DNA of 62,837 nucleotides, counting the filler, from Collodictyon triciliatum (Eukaryota): the NCBI GenBank assembly GCA_043381765.1. It is 52 parts of 52 records of this genome, joined end to end, with 100 filler letters (N's around TTAATTAATTAA, not from the genome) between each part and the next. Parts side by side here need not be neighbours in the genome. Positions count along the whole stretch, not along the records: positions 1 to 1,117 come from JBHJMP010012243.1; positions 1,218 to 2,333 come from JBHJMP010012244.1; positions 2,434 to 3,550 come from JBHJMP010012245.1; positions 3,651 to 4,766 come from JBHJMP010012246.1; positions 4,867 to 5,982 come from JBHJMP010012247.1; positions 6,083 to 7,198 come from JBHJMP010012248.1; positions 7,299 to 8,422 come from JBHJMP010012249.1; positions 8,523 to 9,637 come from JBHJMP010012250.1; 44 more parts are not named here. One strand, 5' to 3'. The notes under the pieces were generated by a model. That model did no database searches and was not told the DNA's origin. It saw only the letters and a list, made by a program, of their open reading frames with translations. Of the stretch, positions 1-13,027 are shown piece by piece. The stretch's first letter is position 1. Every line of letters begins with the position of its first letter. The position numbers and the translations under genes are program-made.

Positions 1-681
1 TGTTTGGCACATATGAAAAGGCTGGCGCCACAAAACATACGTTCTTTTGTTATCGATTCATACAGCACCATCCAAATTTTGATTTTCTCTATTGTAAGCT
101 TTATCAGCAAGATAAAGTTCCTGTTGCATAGCCCACCTGCAATTAGGAATATGATAACATATTGCAGCCTTGTGCCGGTGGATGATGCTGTAAACCTTGT
201 GGGGTTTTATTTATTCTGCTATCAAGATTATTACAAGCGCGGGACGGAATGTGGCGAGTGCTGTGTGTTTGTATGAATGTAGCGCTATTTTAGACTAGGA
301 AGCCATGATGTAGCAAAAGGGGAATCGAACTTAATCGAAGAAGCGAGAAAAGACCTTCCTTTTTTTTAAAAAAAAAAAAATTTAATAATAATCTAAACGC
401 GAATCATGTGTTTGACAAACGTTGGAACTCCATCGACTCGACATAGATTGACTATGTGGAAAGATGCATCAAGTGTGAATCTGGCTATCACACACCACCA
501 TTTAATCACACTTTTCATCAAACACCATTATACGAGTACATCGAACAGCGCCATTTATTCCGTGTGAATAATATTAACCAGAATCACAAGGTCGACATTC
601 AATCGTAGTATTATTTCGTATTTTCAAGTTAAAAAAATATGAAATGGATATGGAGATAATGCTCATTAGTTCATTGATTAC

Positions 682-1050
682 ATGTTGAATGCTGAGACCA
701 TCGATGGCACTGGACTAACCATAAATGTGTTAAATATAATTTGTTATAGTACTTTGATTTGGATTTGGTGGAGAGATGCTTGGATGTAAACCATTCCTAT
801 TCATGTGTCGCTCTCCCAGCGGGAACCAACAATGCCCTTAACGATATGAACCAGACCAGGTTATGCAACATGAATCCCGACTCTTGCATGTTTTAAAATA
901 TAATTCCATTTTTTTTATTTCAAGAGTCTTTCCAAAAGTTCAGAGCGTTTATGAAAGGCTTTATGTTGAAAAACAGTCAGCGAGTGCCTTCAAACAGCCA
1001 TCCGGAGCGGTCAACATGATACTCGGCCAGCTTTGAGGGTGTTATTTTGG
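682..1050 (+). pseudogene. Possible degenerate PIF/Harbinger-type DDE transposase remnant
   Basis: Frame-broken translation gives TIDGTG-LTINVLNIIC..LIWIW, then PAGTNNALNDMNQTRL, then FPKVQSVYERLYVEKQS, which resembles the Harbinger IDG(T/S)...G.ND...Q motif order; several stops and frameshifts. Confidence 0.3.
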
Positions 1051-1117
1051 AGATAAAGTCCTGAGGTAAGAAGAATAATCGAAGAAAGTTAATATTTTAA
1101 CACTAGACATGTTAAAA

Positions 1118-1217
1118 NNNNNNNNNNNNNNNNNNNNNNNNNNNNNNNNNNNNNNNNNNNNTTAATTAATTAANNNNNNNNNNNNNNNNNNNNNNNNNNN
1201 NNNNNNNNNNNNNNNNN
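1118..1217. other. Artificial contig spacer N44-TTAATTAATTAA-N44 (first of 51; recurs about every 1.21 kb, last core at 61678)
   Basis: Identical 100-nt block with a six-frame stop core between unrelated sequences; contig lengths fall from about 1117 to about 1104 nt. Confidence 0.99.
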
Positions 1218-1759
1218 TTGATGGGCGCCCTGTTAATGTTCGTCTCAAGCTAGACTCACAAAGCGTCACATCTCCTATCTCCCAAAGCACGTATGTGTCA
1301 CTTGCCGACTATATTCAAATCAAAGTGCATTATACCCTTTAAATATCGAGACTACAAGGTTACTGGAACTTTTTCTCATCCTGCATTTCATTTGCATGCG
1401 ACAGAATCTTTCCCGAAGTCGTCGACCCCAAGCCGTACGCTATAGCCCAGCCTTACGTACAACAGCCCTATGGGTACTATTCAGTGACAGCGCCATGGAG
1501 ACCTGGTCCCATCACACACTATGCGTAAGCATTTGCTCTAGTTATGGGTTCCTCATCCTAATTTGCTTCGCGATTAGCTATACCTTTTTACCCATTCGCA
1601 TAATGTTCTTTGCATTAGTTTTGCTTCCTCACTCTTCTCCCTTAGGTATGGTGGGTATGAACCTACATACAACCAACAGCACAGATATCACCAAAAATCG
1701 TACCCTGGAGGAAGACCTTACAAGGGTAAAGGGAGGAGAGATTACCAAAAGCCAGAAGG
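1218..1759 (+). CDS. Spliced fragment of a probable RNA-binding protein (end of an RRM plus Y/P/Q/G/R-rich tail)
   Basis: Exons read DGRPVNVRLKLDSQ, KPYAIAQPYVQQPYGYY and YGGYEPTYNQQHRYHQKSYPGGRPYKGKGRRDY, separated by GT-AG introns. Confidence 0.35.
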
Positions 1760-2433
1760 TTGGCCTTTTCATTTATCTCAATTTTTTACACTTTTATAAG
1801 TCCATTTTATATCGTATTGATGTAATTCTTGGTTGAAGTTATCTCTTTTGGTATTTAGATGACCAAGGCCATGAAGTTGGCGATTTGGTTCAAGACCTGG
1901 CAGCCAATATCGAAAGCTCGATCACAATTCACTCAGACCCTTCACAACGTACATTTATAACCATCAGATTATGTGCTAATAAAAGGAAATCACTCTCAAC
2001 ATAAAATACCTTCAGTCAAAGTGTACAATTGTTCCAGAGAAACCCATTTCAAACTATGATGTTGTTGAAATCAATATCTGATTCGGTTGTTCCTTGATTT
2101 TCATTAGAAGAAAGACCTGCTGGCTCAGAAACACAGGAGTCCCCTCATTCAAACCGGCCGCACTCAATCGATAAAATCGAAACTGATGGCAACTCGCAAC
2201 CAGCTGCAACACTCACCATCAGTGACCCTGCATCGCACCAGGCACATAGGCCCCATAACAAATCAACTGAATCAGCTTACACTGGACACAGTTACGGTGA
2301 TGGAACTAAAATCCGGAAGAAGAAAGGAAGGAANNNNNNNNNNNNNNNNNNNNNNNNNNNNNNNNNNNNNNNNNNNNTTAATTAATTAANNNNNNNNNNN
2401 NNNNNNNNNNNNNNNNNNNNNNNNNNNNNNNNN

Positions 2434-2612
2434 AAGATAATAGAGAGGATAATAGAGAGGATAATAGAGAGGATAATAGAGAAGATAATAGAGAAGATAA
2501 TAGAGAAGATAATAGAGAAGATAATAGAGAAGATAATAGAGAAGATAATAGAGAAGATAATAGAGAAGATAATAGAGAAGATAATAGAGAAGATAATAGA
2601 GAAGATAATAGA
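2434..2612. repeat. (GAAGATAATAGA)n 12-nt tandem repeat at contig end
   Basis: Directly visible tandem array. Confidence 0.95.
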
Positions 2613-3264
2613 GAGAAAAAAAGGTATATTATACCGTATTTGGAGAAAAAAATTCCTGCTTTAGTACAGAGGAGATGCCCGAAGTAATAAAATGAGATTC
2701 AGTACTGGCGTCGTTGGCTGTGAAAAATGAAGCACGTTCCGCAAGATTTTTAGGGAAAACCTGTATTGTAAATACAATTAAGAGCATTAGTACATTTTGC
2801 GATTGGGATAATGGAGCTATTTCAACCATGTTTTCGTTAGACTACTCGCTGCTAAGATTATACTTCATATGTTTCCATAGATTTTAAAGTGTCGTAATGA
2901 AGTCTTCCCAGATGCTTTTGTATCAAAGGTTCCCCAATATCGTACAGGTACCTGAAAATTTGCTGAAGATTTAAAATGATAAATAAAAAAGGAAAGACAG
3001 CTCGTGCAGATAGATAACTGAATAGATAAGACGTCTTCGTAATGATGAGATATTGATAAAGTCGGTTACGTCATATACACTGCGAGATATTAATATCTCT
3101 CCTCCTCTTGCGTTCAAACAAAGCACAGTACTTGAATACAAGGACTATAAAAGCATATCGAGGTCGTTACAATAGTTTAGTGGTCATAGCGGAAATGCGA
3201 ATAGAGGAGTCTGCATCATATATGAGCGACAGAGACTGACCTGTTAAACAACAAACAGCAAACA

Positions 3265-3550
3265 ACAACATAAAAAAACATAAAAAAACATAAAAAAACA
3301 TAAAAAAACATAAAAAAACATAAAAAAAAACATAAAAAAAACATAAAAAAAACATAAAAAAAACATAAAAAACAAAAAAAACATAAAAAACATAAAAAAC
3401 ATAAAAAAACATAAAAAAAACATAAAAAAACATAAAAAACATAAAAAAACATAAAAAACATAAAAAACATAAAAAACATAAAAAACATAAAAAACATAAA
3501 AAACATAAAAAAACATAAAAAAACATAAAAAAACAAAAAAAAACATAAAA
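3265..3550. repeat. (CATAAAAAA[A])n microsatellite
   Basis: Directly visible; source of the spurious F/M/L/C-rich ORFs. Confidence 0.95.
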
Positions 3551-3845
3551 NNNNNNNNNNNNNNNNNNNNNNNNNNNNNNNNNNNNNNNNNNNNTTAATT
3601 AATTAANNNNNNNNNNNNNNNNNNNNNNNNNNNNNNNNNNNNNNNNNNNNAAAAAAAGAAAAAAAAGAAAAAAAGAAAAAAAAGAAAAAAAGAAAAAAAG
3701 AAAAAAAAGAAAAAAGAAAAAAAGAAAAAAAAGAAAAAAGAAAAAAAGAAAAAAAGAAAAAAGAAAAAAAAGAAAAAAAGAAAAAAAGAAAAATCATATA
3801 TGATATAAACACAAACCATCCCACCCAGTGATATAGTAAACTCTT

Positions 3846-4766
3846 GCATAATCCCATAGCATAATCCCATAGCATAATTCCGTAGCATAATCCCGTCACA
3901 AATCCCGTATCATAATCCGCAGCATAATCCCGTGTCATTATCCCGTGGCATAATCCCGTGGTGGCATAATCCAGTATCATAATCCCATATCATAATCCCA
4001 TATCATAATCCAGTATCATAATCTCGTGCATAATCCCGTGGCATAATCCTGCAGTATAATCCTGTGCATAATCCCATGCCATAATCCCGTATCATAATAC
4101 CGTGTCATAATCCAGTATCATAATCTCGTGGCAAAATCCCGTGGCATAATCCCGTGGCATAATCCCGTGGCATAATCCCGTGGCATAATCCCGTGGCATA
4201 ATCCCGTGGCATAATCCCGTGTCATAATCCCGTGTTGGCATAATCCAGTATCATAATCCCGTGTCATAATCCCGTATCATTATCCCGTGGCATAATCCCA
4301 TAGCATAATCCCGTGGCATAATACCGTGTCATAATCCTGTGTCATAATCCCGTGTCTTAATCCCGTATCATAATCCCGTATCATAATCCCGTATCATAAT
4401 CCCGTATCATAATCCCGTATCATAATACCGTGTCATAATCCCGTGTCATAATCCCGTAGCATAATCCAGTATCATTATCCCGTAGCATAATCCCGTGGCA
4501 TAATCCCGTAGTATAATCCCGTGTCATAATCCCATGCCATAATCCCGTGGCATAATCCCGTGGCATAATCCCGTGACAAATCCAGTGGCATAACCCGTAG
4601 CATAACCCCGCATCATAATCCCGTGGCAAATCCCGTGTCATAACCCCGTGTCATAATCCCGTGTCATAATCCCGTGGCATTATCCCGTATCATAATCCCG
4701 TGACATAATCCAGTATCATAATCCCGTCGCATAATCCAGTATCATAATCCCGTGTCATAATCCCGC
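3846..4766. repeat. Minisatellite of about 13 nt, consensus CATAATCCCGT(GG/AT/GT), about 70 variant units
   Basis: CATAATCC core recurs about every 13 nt up to the contig end. Confidence 0.97.
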
Positions 4767-4866
4767 NNNNNNNNNNNNNNNNNNNNNNNNNNNNNNNNNN
4801 NNNNNNNNNNTTAATTAATTAANNNNNNNNNNNNNNNNNNNNNNNNNNNNNNNNNNNNNNNNNNNN

Positions 4867-5982
4867 GTAGTTTTACCAGCCGGTGAGATGATTGAGGAAG
4901 ATTCAATCTATACCTACTTGGAGGTGTTTGTCCTAATCAATGATTCCGTTGGGAATATGTTGAGGGTTTCAAGAACTGTCAGGGTAAAGCCTCTTTTATT
5001 CGATAATGAACTGCAGAGATTGTCTATTGTATCAAAATTTATTGACAACGAAATGAATACCGCCCTTAATTTGGGAGAAAATGATAAAATCTATCAATAC
5101 AATTTTGCTACGATGCGTATTCTCAGAGACATGAGTGGGAATTTGTGGTCGACCTCCTGTACAGCAAGTCAACTTTACGCGGGCGATATGCGATACAAAG
5201 TTTTTAAAATGCTTAAAGTGGCTGATGAAGGCCAATTATTTACTGATGCAAACCAAGTTGACGCAATTTTTCGACAACATTCCACGATAACAGCAGATGT
5301 TTGCATAAGTATGGAATTTATTGGCGAAGCATCGTTGCATTTAAAACATTTGGCTGGTTAGTATACTTTTTTAGATATGATGTTTGTTTAATGTAAATTT
5401 CAACTATCTTATATACATCGTAACAGAGATAAACTGACCAAAATTTTCTTTTCTCTATTCTTTTTTTTTATTTTATTATTTTTCTAATTTCTTTTATCTC
5501 ATAGGGAATGCTTCAACAGCTTATGCTCTCCAAAGCACTGGTATTGCACTTGCATCGGCTTTCGAGCTTCTTTATCGTGCATCAAAACTATATTTTGATG
5601 CTAATAATATACCAAAATTTCCCTTCCAATCTCCTTCAGAAGTAATGGGAGTTTATATTGATTCTGTTAAGGCTCTAGCGAGAGCCGGACTTTTGCTCTC
5701 TCAATGCGAAGATGGTGCTTTTGTTATCAACGGTATAGCTCTTCAAAGTTCATCTATTAAATTGTGCTCAGATATGAAATCATCTACTGTAAGACTAGAA
5801 AATATTGATGGTGAAATCAGTGCACATCTCAGCGAGTTCGCATATAAAAACTATGACTTTGTCATACAACATGTGATAAATTCTGAAGGGCTACTGCCTG
5901 CACCCAGCGATGGCATATTGGACTCTGACGTCTTGTCAGTTGTATTAGAAAACCCCTCTGCTGACTATACAGAGATACGTGT
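4867..5982 (+). CDS. REJ-domain / polycystin-1-like large extracellular protein, internal exons
   Basis: VVLPAGE...YLEVFVLINDSVGNMLRVSRTVRV matches the REJ pattern LP.G...l.v.V.D..G....v.V; long exons with one GT-AG intron at about 5357-5504. Confidence 0.5.
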
Positions 5983-6082
5983 NNNNNNNNNNNNNNNNNN
6001 NNNNNNNNNNNNNNNNNNNNNNNNNNTTAATTAATTAANNNNNNNNNNNNNNNNNNNNNNNNNNNNNNNNNNNNNNNNNNNN

Positions 6083-7198
<1,116 letters not shown>

Positions 7199-9738
7199 NN
7201 NNNNNNNNNNNNNNNNNNNNNNNNNNNNNNNNNNNNNNNNNNTTAATTAATTAANNNNNNNNNNNNNNNNNNNNNNNNNNNNNNNNNNNNNNNNNNNNTT
7301 TTTCGTTTTCACTCTTCTTTCTTTCTTTCTTTCTAGTTCAGAGGCTTTGATCCACGCCAACAAAAGGGAATGCGGAGGGGTGGGTGGGAATGCAACGCAG
7401 CTTTTGATTTTGGGGAACTCTCGCTCGGATCGCCTTTCAGAGATTGTTGATGCACCTTTGATTGTCTTCCGCTAAATAGAAACAAAAATACACTGTCGTC
7501 GCGGCGGAAGGAAATCTGAATTTCTTGTGATAAAGCGAAATTGTGCAAAACATTTACCAAATGTTCTCACTCATACAGAAACGTCCGTTTGTGCGAGACA
7601 ATATTCATTTAGTTTCGTTCATGGTAGGATTCCCTAATTTGTATAATTATATTCATTAATATATATTATTAATTATAATTTATACATTATTATCGTAAAG
7701 TTGGTTGAATAATCGACTAAATATCATTTGATAATATTTTCCAGATTTGATGATACGGTACCCATGATTGATGTTTTTTTTGTTTGGCTCGGATCACACA
7801 TCAACCACAGAGCCCAAACCAAACTTCCTGCGTAGATTCGGCGCCATGGCGACGCAAGCAAAGACTCTTTTTGACAACCTTTGTAAGAAGATCTTCCTTG
7901 GCCATTCATCTGCTCGATATCTTGTTGATAACCCCGACCCAGTCTCTAATATTGCTTCATTTCAGACTCTGCCTGCGTTGCGCTTGCGGTTTCGCTCCCA
8001 CAACCAACTCAAGGTATTCTGCATTTGATGGGCTCGACTTTTTCTACCTGAAGCTCAATAACCTCAATAAGCTCGCTTCCAAAAGGCTTTTATTTTGCCA
8101 CAAGCAACTTGGTATGCTCATGGCAAAACTTCCGTACAATAGAGGCGGCCCTGGTGGAGTTCCAGCAGCTGAAGAATCTTGGTGCTGGAAAGGAAGCCAC
8201 AACAGTCACGAGCTCCTTCACACTACACACAAAGTACAGTCACTTTCGCTCATTACCACGAATTCAACTCACCAGTTTTGTACACTTATCTTTCCCCAAT
8301 TTCTACTGGAGGCGCACATATACGTGATTAGTTCCTCGACGGGAAATGTCGAAAAGATTGTTTTTCTCTTTTTTTTTTTTCCCCCCCCCCCCCCCTTTTT
8401 CTTCAAACTTACAACTTATACANNNNNNNNNNNNNNNNNNNNNNNNNNNNNNNNNNNNNNNNNNNNTTAATTAATTAANNNNNNNNNNNNNNNNNNNNNN
8501 NNNNNNNNNNNNNNNNNNNNNNAAATGGGAAGGCAAAATAAAAAAAACTTTCATTATGCGTAAATATGAACAAAAGCAGATTGAACTGAAGCAAAAGCAT
8601 CTGAACTTATTCCATAATTAGAAATGATCTAAAATATACAAAAGCGGATATTATATAGTATATTTAATTTTTTTGGACATGACCTTTCGATTTATAAATA
8701 CTATTGCAATTATTTGATTGCATGTACCATTATTGATTATATTGTACCAATTCCAGAGAATTTCATTGCATGTTCGGTATTCAGAATGCACACATCCACC
8801 GCGTGCGCTAATCAAGAACAACCCACAAGCTCAAGGAATCGGGGCTACTAAATACTATGATAATAGTAAAAATAGCTAATGACCCGAAACAGAACAGCAA
8901 CGTTGGTTAAAATGGCGCTAGTTATCTAAAAGGTGCAGCGTATTTTGTTCAGAATTTGGTCTATTTCTTTGAATGGTTCAAGATTTGTGGCTAATTTATC
9001 ACCCTAATTTGGAAAAGCAAAACTTCTTCGCATTGGTTCGTTTTTACTGAATTATAAGTCTTAGTAACTTATTTAGGAAATTCTAAGAATTCTCGTAGAA
9101 AACCAAAACTAATCAAATCTGGAAAATATAATTAATGTATCATTAAAATTTAAGGAAATCAAAAAGCTGAGAATCGTATTAAATATACCTAGCGTAATAT
9201 TCCATCTCATGCTTTTATTATATTCTCGAACCCTTACTGCCTTCAATCAATGTCGCCACTCTTTGTCAATTCACAAAAGCACGCAAGTGGAGTATTCTAT
9301 CATATGCAGATTAGATGCAACAATATTGCATGTCTTTCAATCTTTAATTAAAACAGCCCCACCCTCATCAATACTTTTACAAAAAAGAGGCAATTGTGCG
9401 CATTACAGATGGTAGATGGTTTGTGCCTGATGATTGAAGAGAAAAGACGGTTGAGAAATAGCGACGACTGGATTTTGGGCGAGTGAGGCGACATATCGAC
9501 AGGATATATGGGTAAATAACAGTGAATCTATTTGAAAATCAAGCATTCATTTGCCTCAGGTTTCCTGATTGCTACCTGCCATCATTATGTAAACATATAA
9601 ATATAGCAAGAAAGCAATTAAGATAAAATGTCTACTTNNNNNNNNNNNNNNNNNNNNNNNNNNNNNNNNNNNNNNNNNNNNTTAATTAATTAANNNNNNN
9701 NNNNNNNNNNNNNNNNNNNNNNNNNNNNNNNNNNNNNG

Positions 9739-9885
9739 GCCCCGATGGTCCCCGAGGAAACCCCCGTGGTCAACGCCCTCTCGCAACAGCGCGCCTGCCT
9801 CGAAAACATCTTCCGTGCCTGTGTCGGTCTGCCCCCAGAGAACCACATGACCCTCGAGCACAAGCTGGTCGCAAAGCCTCAGTAA
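9739..9885 (+). CDS. INO1: myo-inositol-1-phosphate synthase, C-terminal end (missed by the ORF track)
   Basis: [42 protein letters not shown], then stop; conserved eukaryotic INO1/ISYNA1 C-terminus. Confidence 0.93.
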   Translation, partial: APMVPEETPVVNALSQQRACLENIFRACVGLPPENHMTLEHKLVAKPQ

Positions 9886-10952
9886 GGAACGCACGCCTCT
9901 CACCAGCGGCCCTCTGCCTCTGCCTCTGCCTCTGCCTCTGCCTTCCTCATGCGCGCGACTACTGCGCTCGACTGGGCGGCTCCCCGCACCAATAAACGCA
10001 CAATAATCACTTACACACTCTCCCACGGCTGTTCCCTTTGTCTCGTTGTTCGCTGTCATTCCAGTTCTTCCAGTTGTCGGCTGGTTCGTTCGCCTGGCCG
10101 GTTGTCATTCGGCCTTTATGCTGCCCTGATAAGGAGTGAACTGTGGAGCCCGAAGGGTTGGGTGGAAAGAGATGGGGTTGTTGCCGGAGGGAGTGTTGTA
10201 CTTGCTTGTGACTATGCTTCTGGGTTGGGTGCATAGAGTTTGCCCCGACACAAGAGGGGCTGTGATGAATCCAATCCACGGGCAGTCTGCTGGTGGGCCG
10301 GCCTCTGCTTCGCGCGGGTCGAATCGTAGCTCTGGTTTGTTCTTTTCTTTTCTTTTTTTTTTCCATTCCATTTCTTTTCTTTTTTCCTTTCGTTTCCTTT
10401 TCTTTTTTTCCATTTATTTTCTTTCTTCGCATTGATTCATTGGTTCTTTACCTTTCATTTTTCACCTAATATCACTACTTCATGCTCTGAATCCTGAGCA
10501 GCCCCAGAGATTCTTCTTGCGTTTGGCCCACAAGACCCTGTTGGAAGAACACTAAAGTTAGGCCGGGAGTCACTTTTGGATGAGTTTCATTCAAAGCAGG
10601 TCAAGATTAAGAACGAGGTTACCGATAGGGACAGTCAGGTTCGTTTCTTCTCTACCCCTAGATATTGAGCAGCGCATGTATATACTTACATATATTCTAT
10701 TCATATCGATGTAAATGAGGATTTCAAAGTGGTTATTGAGTTATCCGTCCAAAATTGAACCTAATTGGTGTCTTATTCATCTCATCTCAATCTAAAGATC
10801 GCTTCGTTGATGGCTGAGATCGAAAGAGCAGAGCGGGTTCGTGTTTGCGATANNNNNNNNNNNNNNNNNNNNNNNNNNNNNNNNNNNNNNNNNNNNTTAA
10901 TTAATTAANNNNNNNNNNNNNNNNNNNNNNNNNNNNNNNNNNNNNNNNNNNN

Positions 10953-11047
<95 letters not shown>

Positions 11048-12168
11048 TGTTACAGTCAGATTATAGTGCTTTCTACCTTTAATTTTATATACTCTTTTTT
11101 TAAGCTTTAGGAATTAATGATTAATTAGCAATCGAATGGGCTTTTGTAAATAGCACCATTAAAATTGCCAACAATAACAATGAATAATAATAATAAAATA
11201 GCGGAATATCAGTCATATGGCTTTTAACTTATTTGGTATTCTATACCGAACGAAGATATGTGATATTTTCTAGTAGAATTTATTGTTTCTTTTTTCTGAA
11301 AAAAAAGTCAGACAAAAATGGATTCTGATGCATTATACTAATAACCAAAAAAAAGTTATGATGAGAAGGTGTGTTAAGCTCAAGCAAAAGCATAAAATGC
11401 ATCAGAGATTAATATGAATAGCCCTTTAGGAAACAAATGGAATGTATTATTTATGTCTCCGAGGACTTCTGAACCGCAGAGGAACCCGAATCTATTACAA
11501 ATGAAATGATATTACAATTTGGTAACATGACGTGAATAAACATAAAATCAATGTCGCCAATCATGGGCTTTGGCGAGATAGGAGAAAACGAAAGAGAAAA
11601 GGAAAAAGTTCTTTCTTTTATATTTTCTTCCCTTATTGATATGTGGATATGACGCCAATGACAACGTGATAGTCAAGTTTTAGACATATTTGGACGTATT
11701 CATACATGCATTCCCTGTCGATTTTTTATGATATGAGAAATCTGTAAACATTCCGTGAGGGTCAAGAATATCCTCCAAAGAGTGCTCGCGGTCCAAATCA
11801 ATCGGAGCTTCGTCTTCGAAAGTCGAAAAGTTGCTTGGAAAAGAAAGAATAGAAGGAAAAAAAATGAACAAAAAGAAATAATGTATGAATGAAGAAATAT
11901 GTTGTCTATATAACAATAATGTTGACACACGTCCCTGGTCGAAACACACAATCATCATTTTACAATTGTGTGACTTTTGAGATTAGGCAGGTGAAGCGAG
12001 AACCTTGTGTCCAAGGCATTTGTAATCTGCGGTTGGATGGGAGCCGGAAGGTTGCGAATGAGTGCCCNNNNNNNNNNNNNNNNNNNNNNNNNNNNNNNNN
12101 NNNNNNNNNNNTTAATTAATTAANNNNNNNNNNNNNNNNNNNNNNNNNNNNNNNNNNNNNNNNNNNNA

Positions 12169-12297
12169 AATTTGGACAAAGAAGATTTTAAAAAAGTTGG
12201 CAAAACCATTGAAAAACCTTTCAAAAAGTTTGGCAAAAGTACAAAGAAAGGATTTAAAAAGTTTGGCAACAAGTTCAAAAAGGCATTTAAAATCTAG
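12169..12297 (+). CDS. C-terminal end of a Lys/Phe-rich amphipathic-helix protein (virus-like contig)
   Basis: NLDKEDFKKVGKTIEKPFKKFGKSTKKGFKKFGNKFKKAFKI then TAG; not in the ORF track. Confidence 0.6.
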   Translation, partial: NLDKEDFKKVGKTIEKPFKKFGKSTKKGFKKFGNKFKKAFKI

Positions 12298-12316
12298 ACA
12301 ATTGTAAATATGAAGA

Positions 12317-12493
12317 ATGAGTTTCTGCAGCAGAAAAAACGTCAAGCAATTAAAAATCGATTTAGGAGTGTTGCCTGTCCCTGGTATAATGAATCCTAGA
12401 GCTATAGAAGACTACACGCCTCCACCAAAAATCAGCAAAATAAAACCACACACGTTTTTATTGGGAATACCGGGAATAAAAAAAATTATGTAA
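12317..12493 (+). CDS. 58-aa hypothetical protein (virus-like contig)
   Basis: MSFCSRKNVKQLKIDLGVLPVPGIMNP...GIKKIM then stop; its 3' end overlaps that of the convergent minus-strand ORF. Confidence 0.5.
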   Translation: MSFCSRKNVKQLKIDLGVLPVPGIMNPRAIEDYTPPPKISKIKPHTFLLGIPGIKKIM

Positions 12494-12728
12494 CTTTTGG
12501 CAGTTTTAATGTATCTTTGGGAACTTGTCTGTAGTTTTGTTCCATGCCTACAGGGATCAGTTTGTTAGATAAATTAGGTCTTGCTAGTCCTTTGTTTCCA
12601 GGCAGCGGGATAGTGGGTGGCGCGCCTTTGTCTCCTTTTTTTTTGCCTTTATTTAATGAACAGCTGGGACACTGGCATAGATCAGGTGCAGACTTGGTGC
12701 GTTTTTTGGTGGCCATTTTATGCGACAT
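12486..12728 (-). CDS. 80-aa basic protein with a CxCxxC motif (virus-like contig)
   Basis: ORF track; ATKKRTKS...CQCPSC...KGKKKG; no intron. Confidence 0.55.
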   Translation of the reverse strand: MSHKMATKKRTKSAPDLCQCPSCSLNKGKKKGDKGAPPTIPLPGNKGLARPNLSNKLIPVGMEQNYRQVPKDTLKLPKVT

Positions 12729-12751
12729 TTTATTTATAAAACTAGAATAAT

Positions 12752-12985
12752 TTAAGCAAAGCCAACTTTAACTAGTAACTGCAGTTCATTGTTAAATTTA
12801 TAATACTGAATGACAACAAATAAAAAAAACAAAACAACACACACTAAAAGATTTTTTTGGTTCGTGGCAAAGTTTAATACTGGAACCTTCCAAAACAACA
12901 AACAAACAATGACAATAATAGCAATAAAAAGTTCATTAAAGTTGGTGTGTGCGAAAAACTGGTTGATATGTAATAATAACTGCAT
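12752..12985 (-). CDS. 77-aa small protein with two predicted transmembrane segments (virus-like contig)
   Basis: Hydrophobic stretches LFIAIIVIVCLLFW and LLVCVVLFFLFVVI. Confidence 0.5.
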   Translation of the reverse strand: MQLLLHINQFFAHTNFNELFIAIIVIVCLLFWKVPVLNFATNQKNLLVCVVLFFLFVVIQYYKFNNELQLLVKVGFA

Positions 12986-13027
12986 GTGAATTGAGCGATA
13001 TTAATATGTGAATAGAATTTGGTTTTA

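Noticed and set aside
1162-1173. Regularly spaced TTAATTAATTAA resembling a CRISPR-like or regulatory repeat array
   Set aside because: Always embedded in N44 runs; it is a synthetic six-frame-stop linker
2630-3170. Possible non-standard genetic code suggested by stop-interrupted frames
   Set aside because: Recognisable genes end in TAA (INO1), TGA (PP2C) and TAG (TKL kinase), and conserved exons have no in-frame stops
3167-3546. F/M/L/C/V-rich 'membrane protein' ORFs here and at many contig ends (e.g. 30303, 38471, 39980, 42024, 59272)
   Set aside because: Translations of stop-free microsatellites, open in several frames at once
3846-4766. Minisatellite as a canonical telomere or CRISPR array
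   Set aside because: The core is TAATCCC/GGGATTA rather than CCCTAA/TTAGGG, and there are no unique spacers
10060-10335. GC-rich stretch with ACACAAGAGGGGCT resembling an RNase P/MRP CR-V motif
   Set aside because: No matching CR-I/P4 partner found; better explained as a 5' region and first exon (MNPIHGQ... then GT) of the next gene
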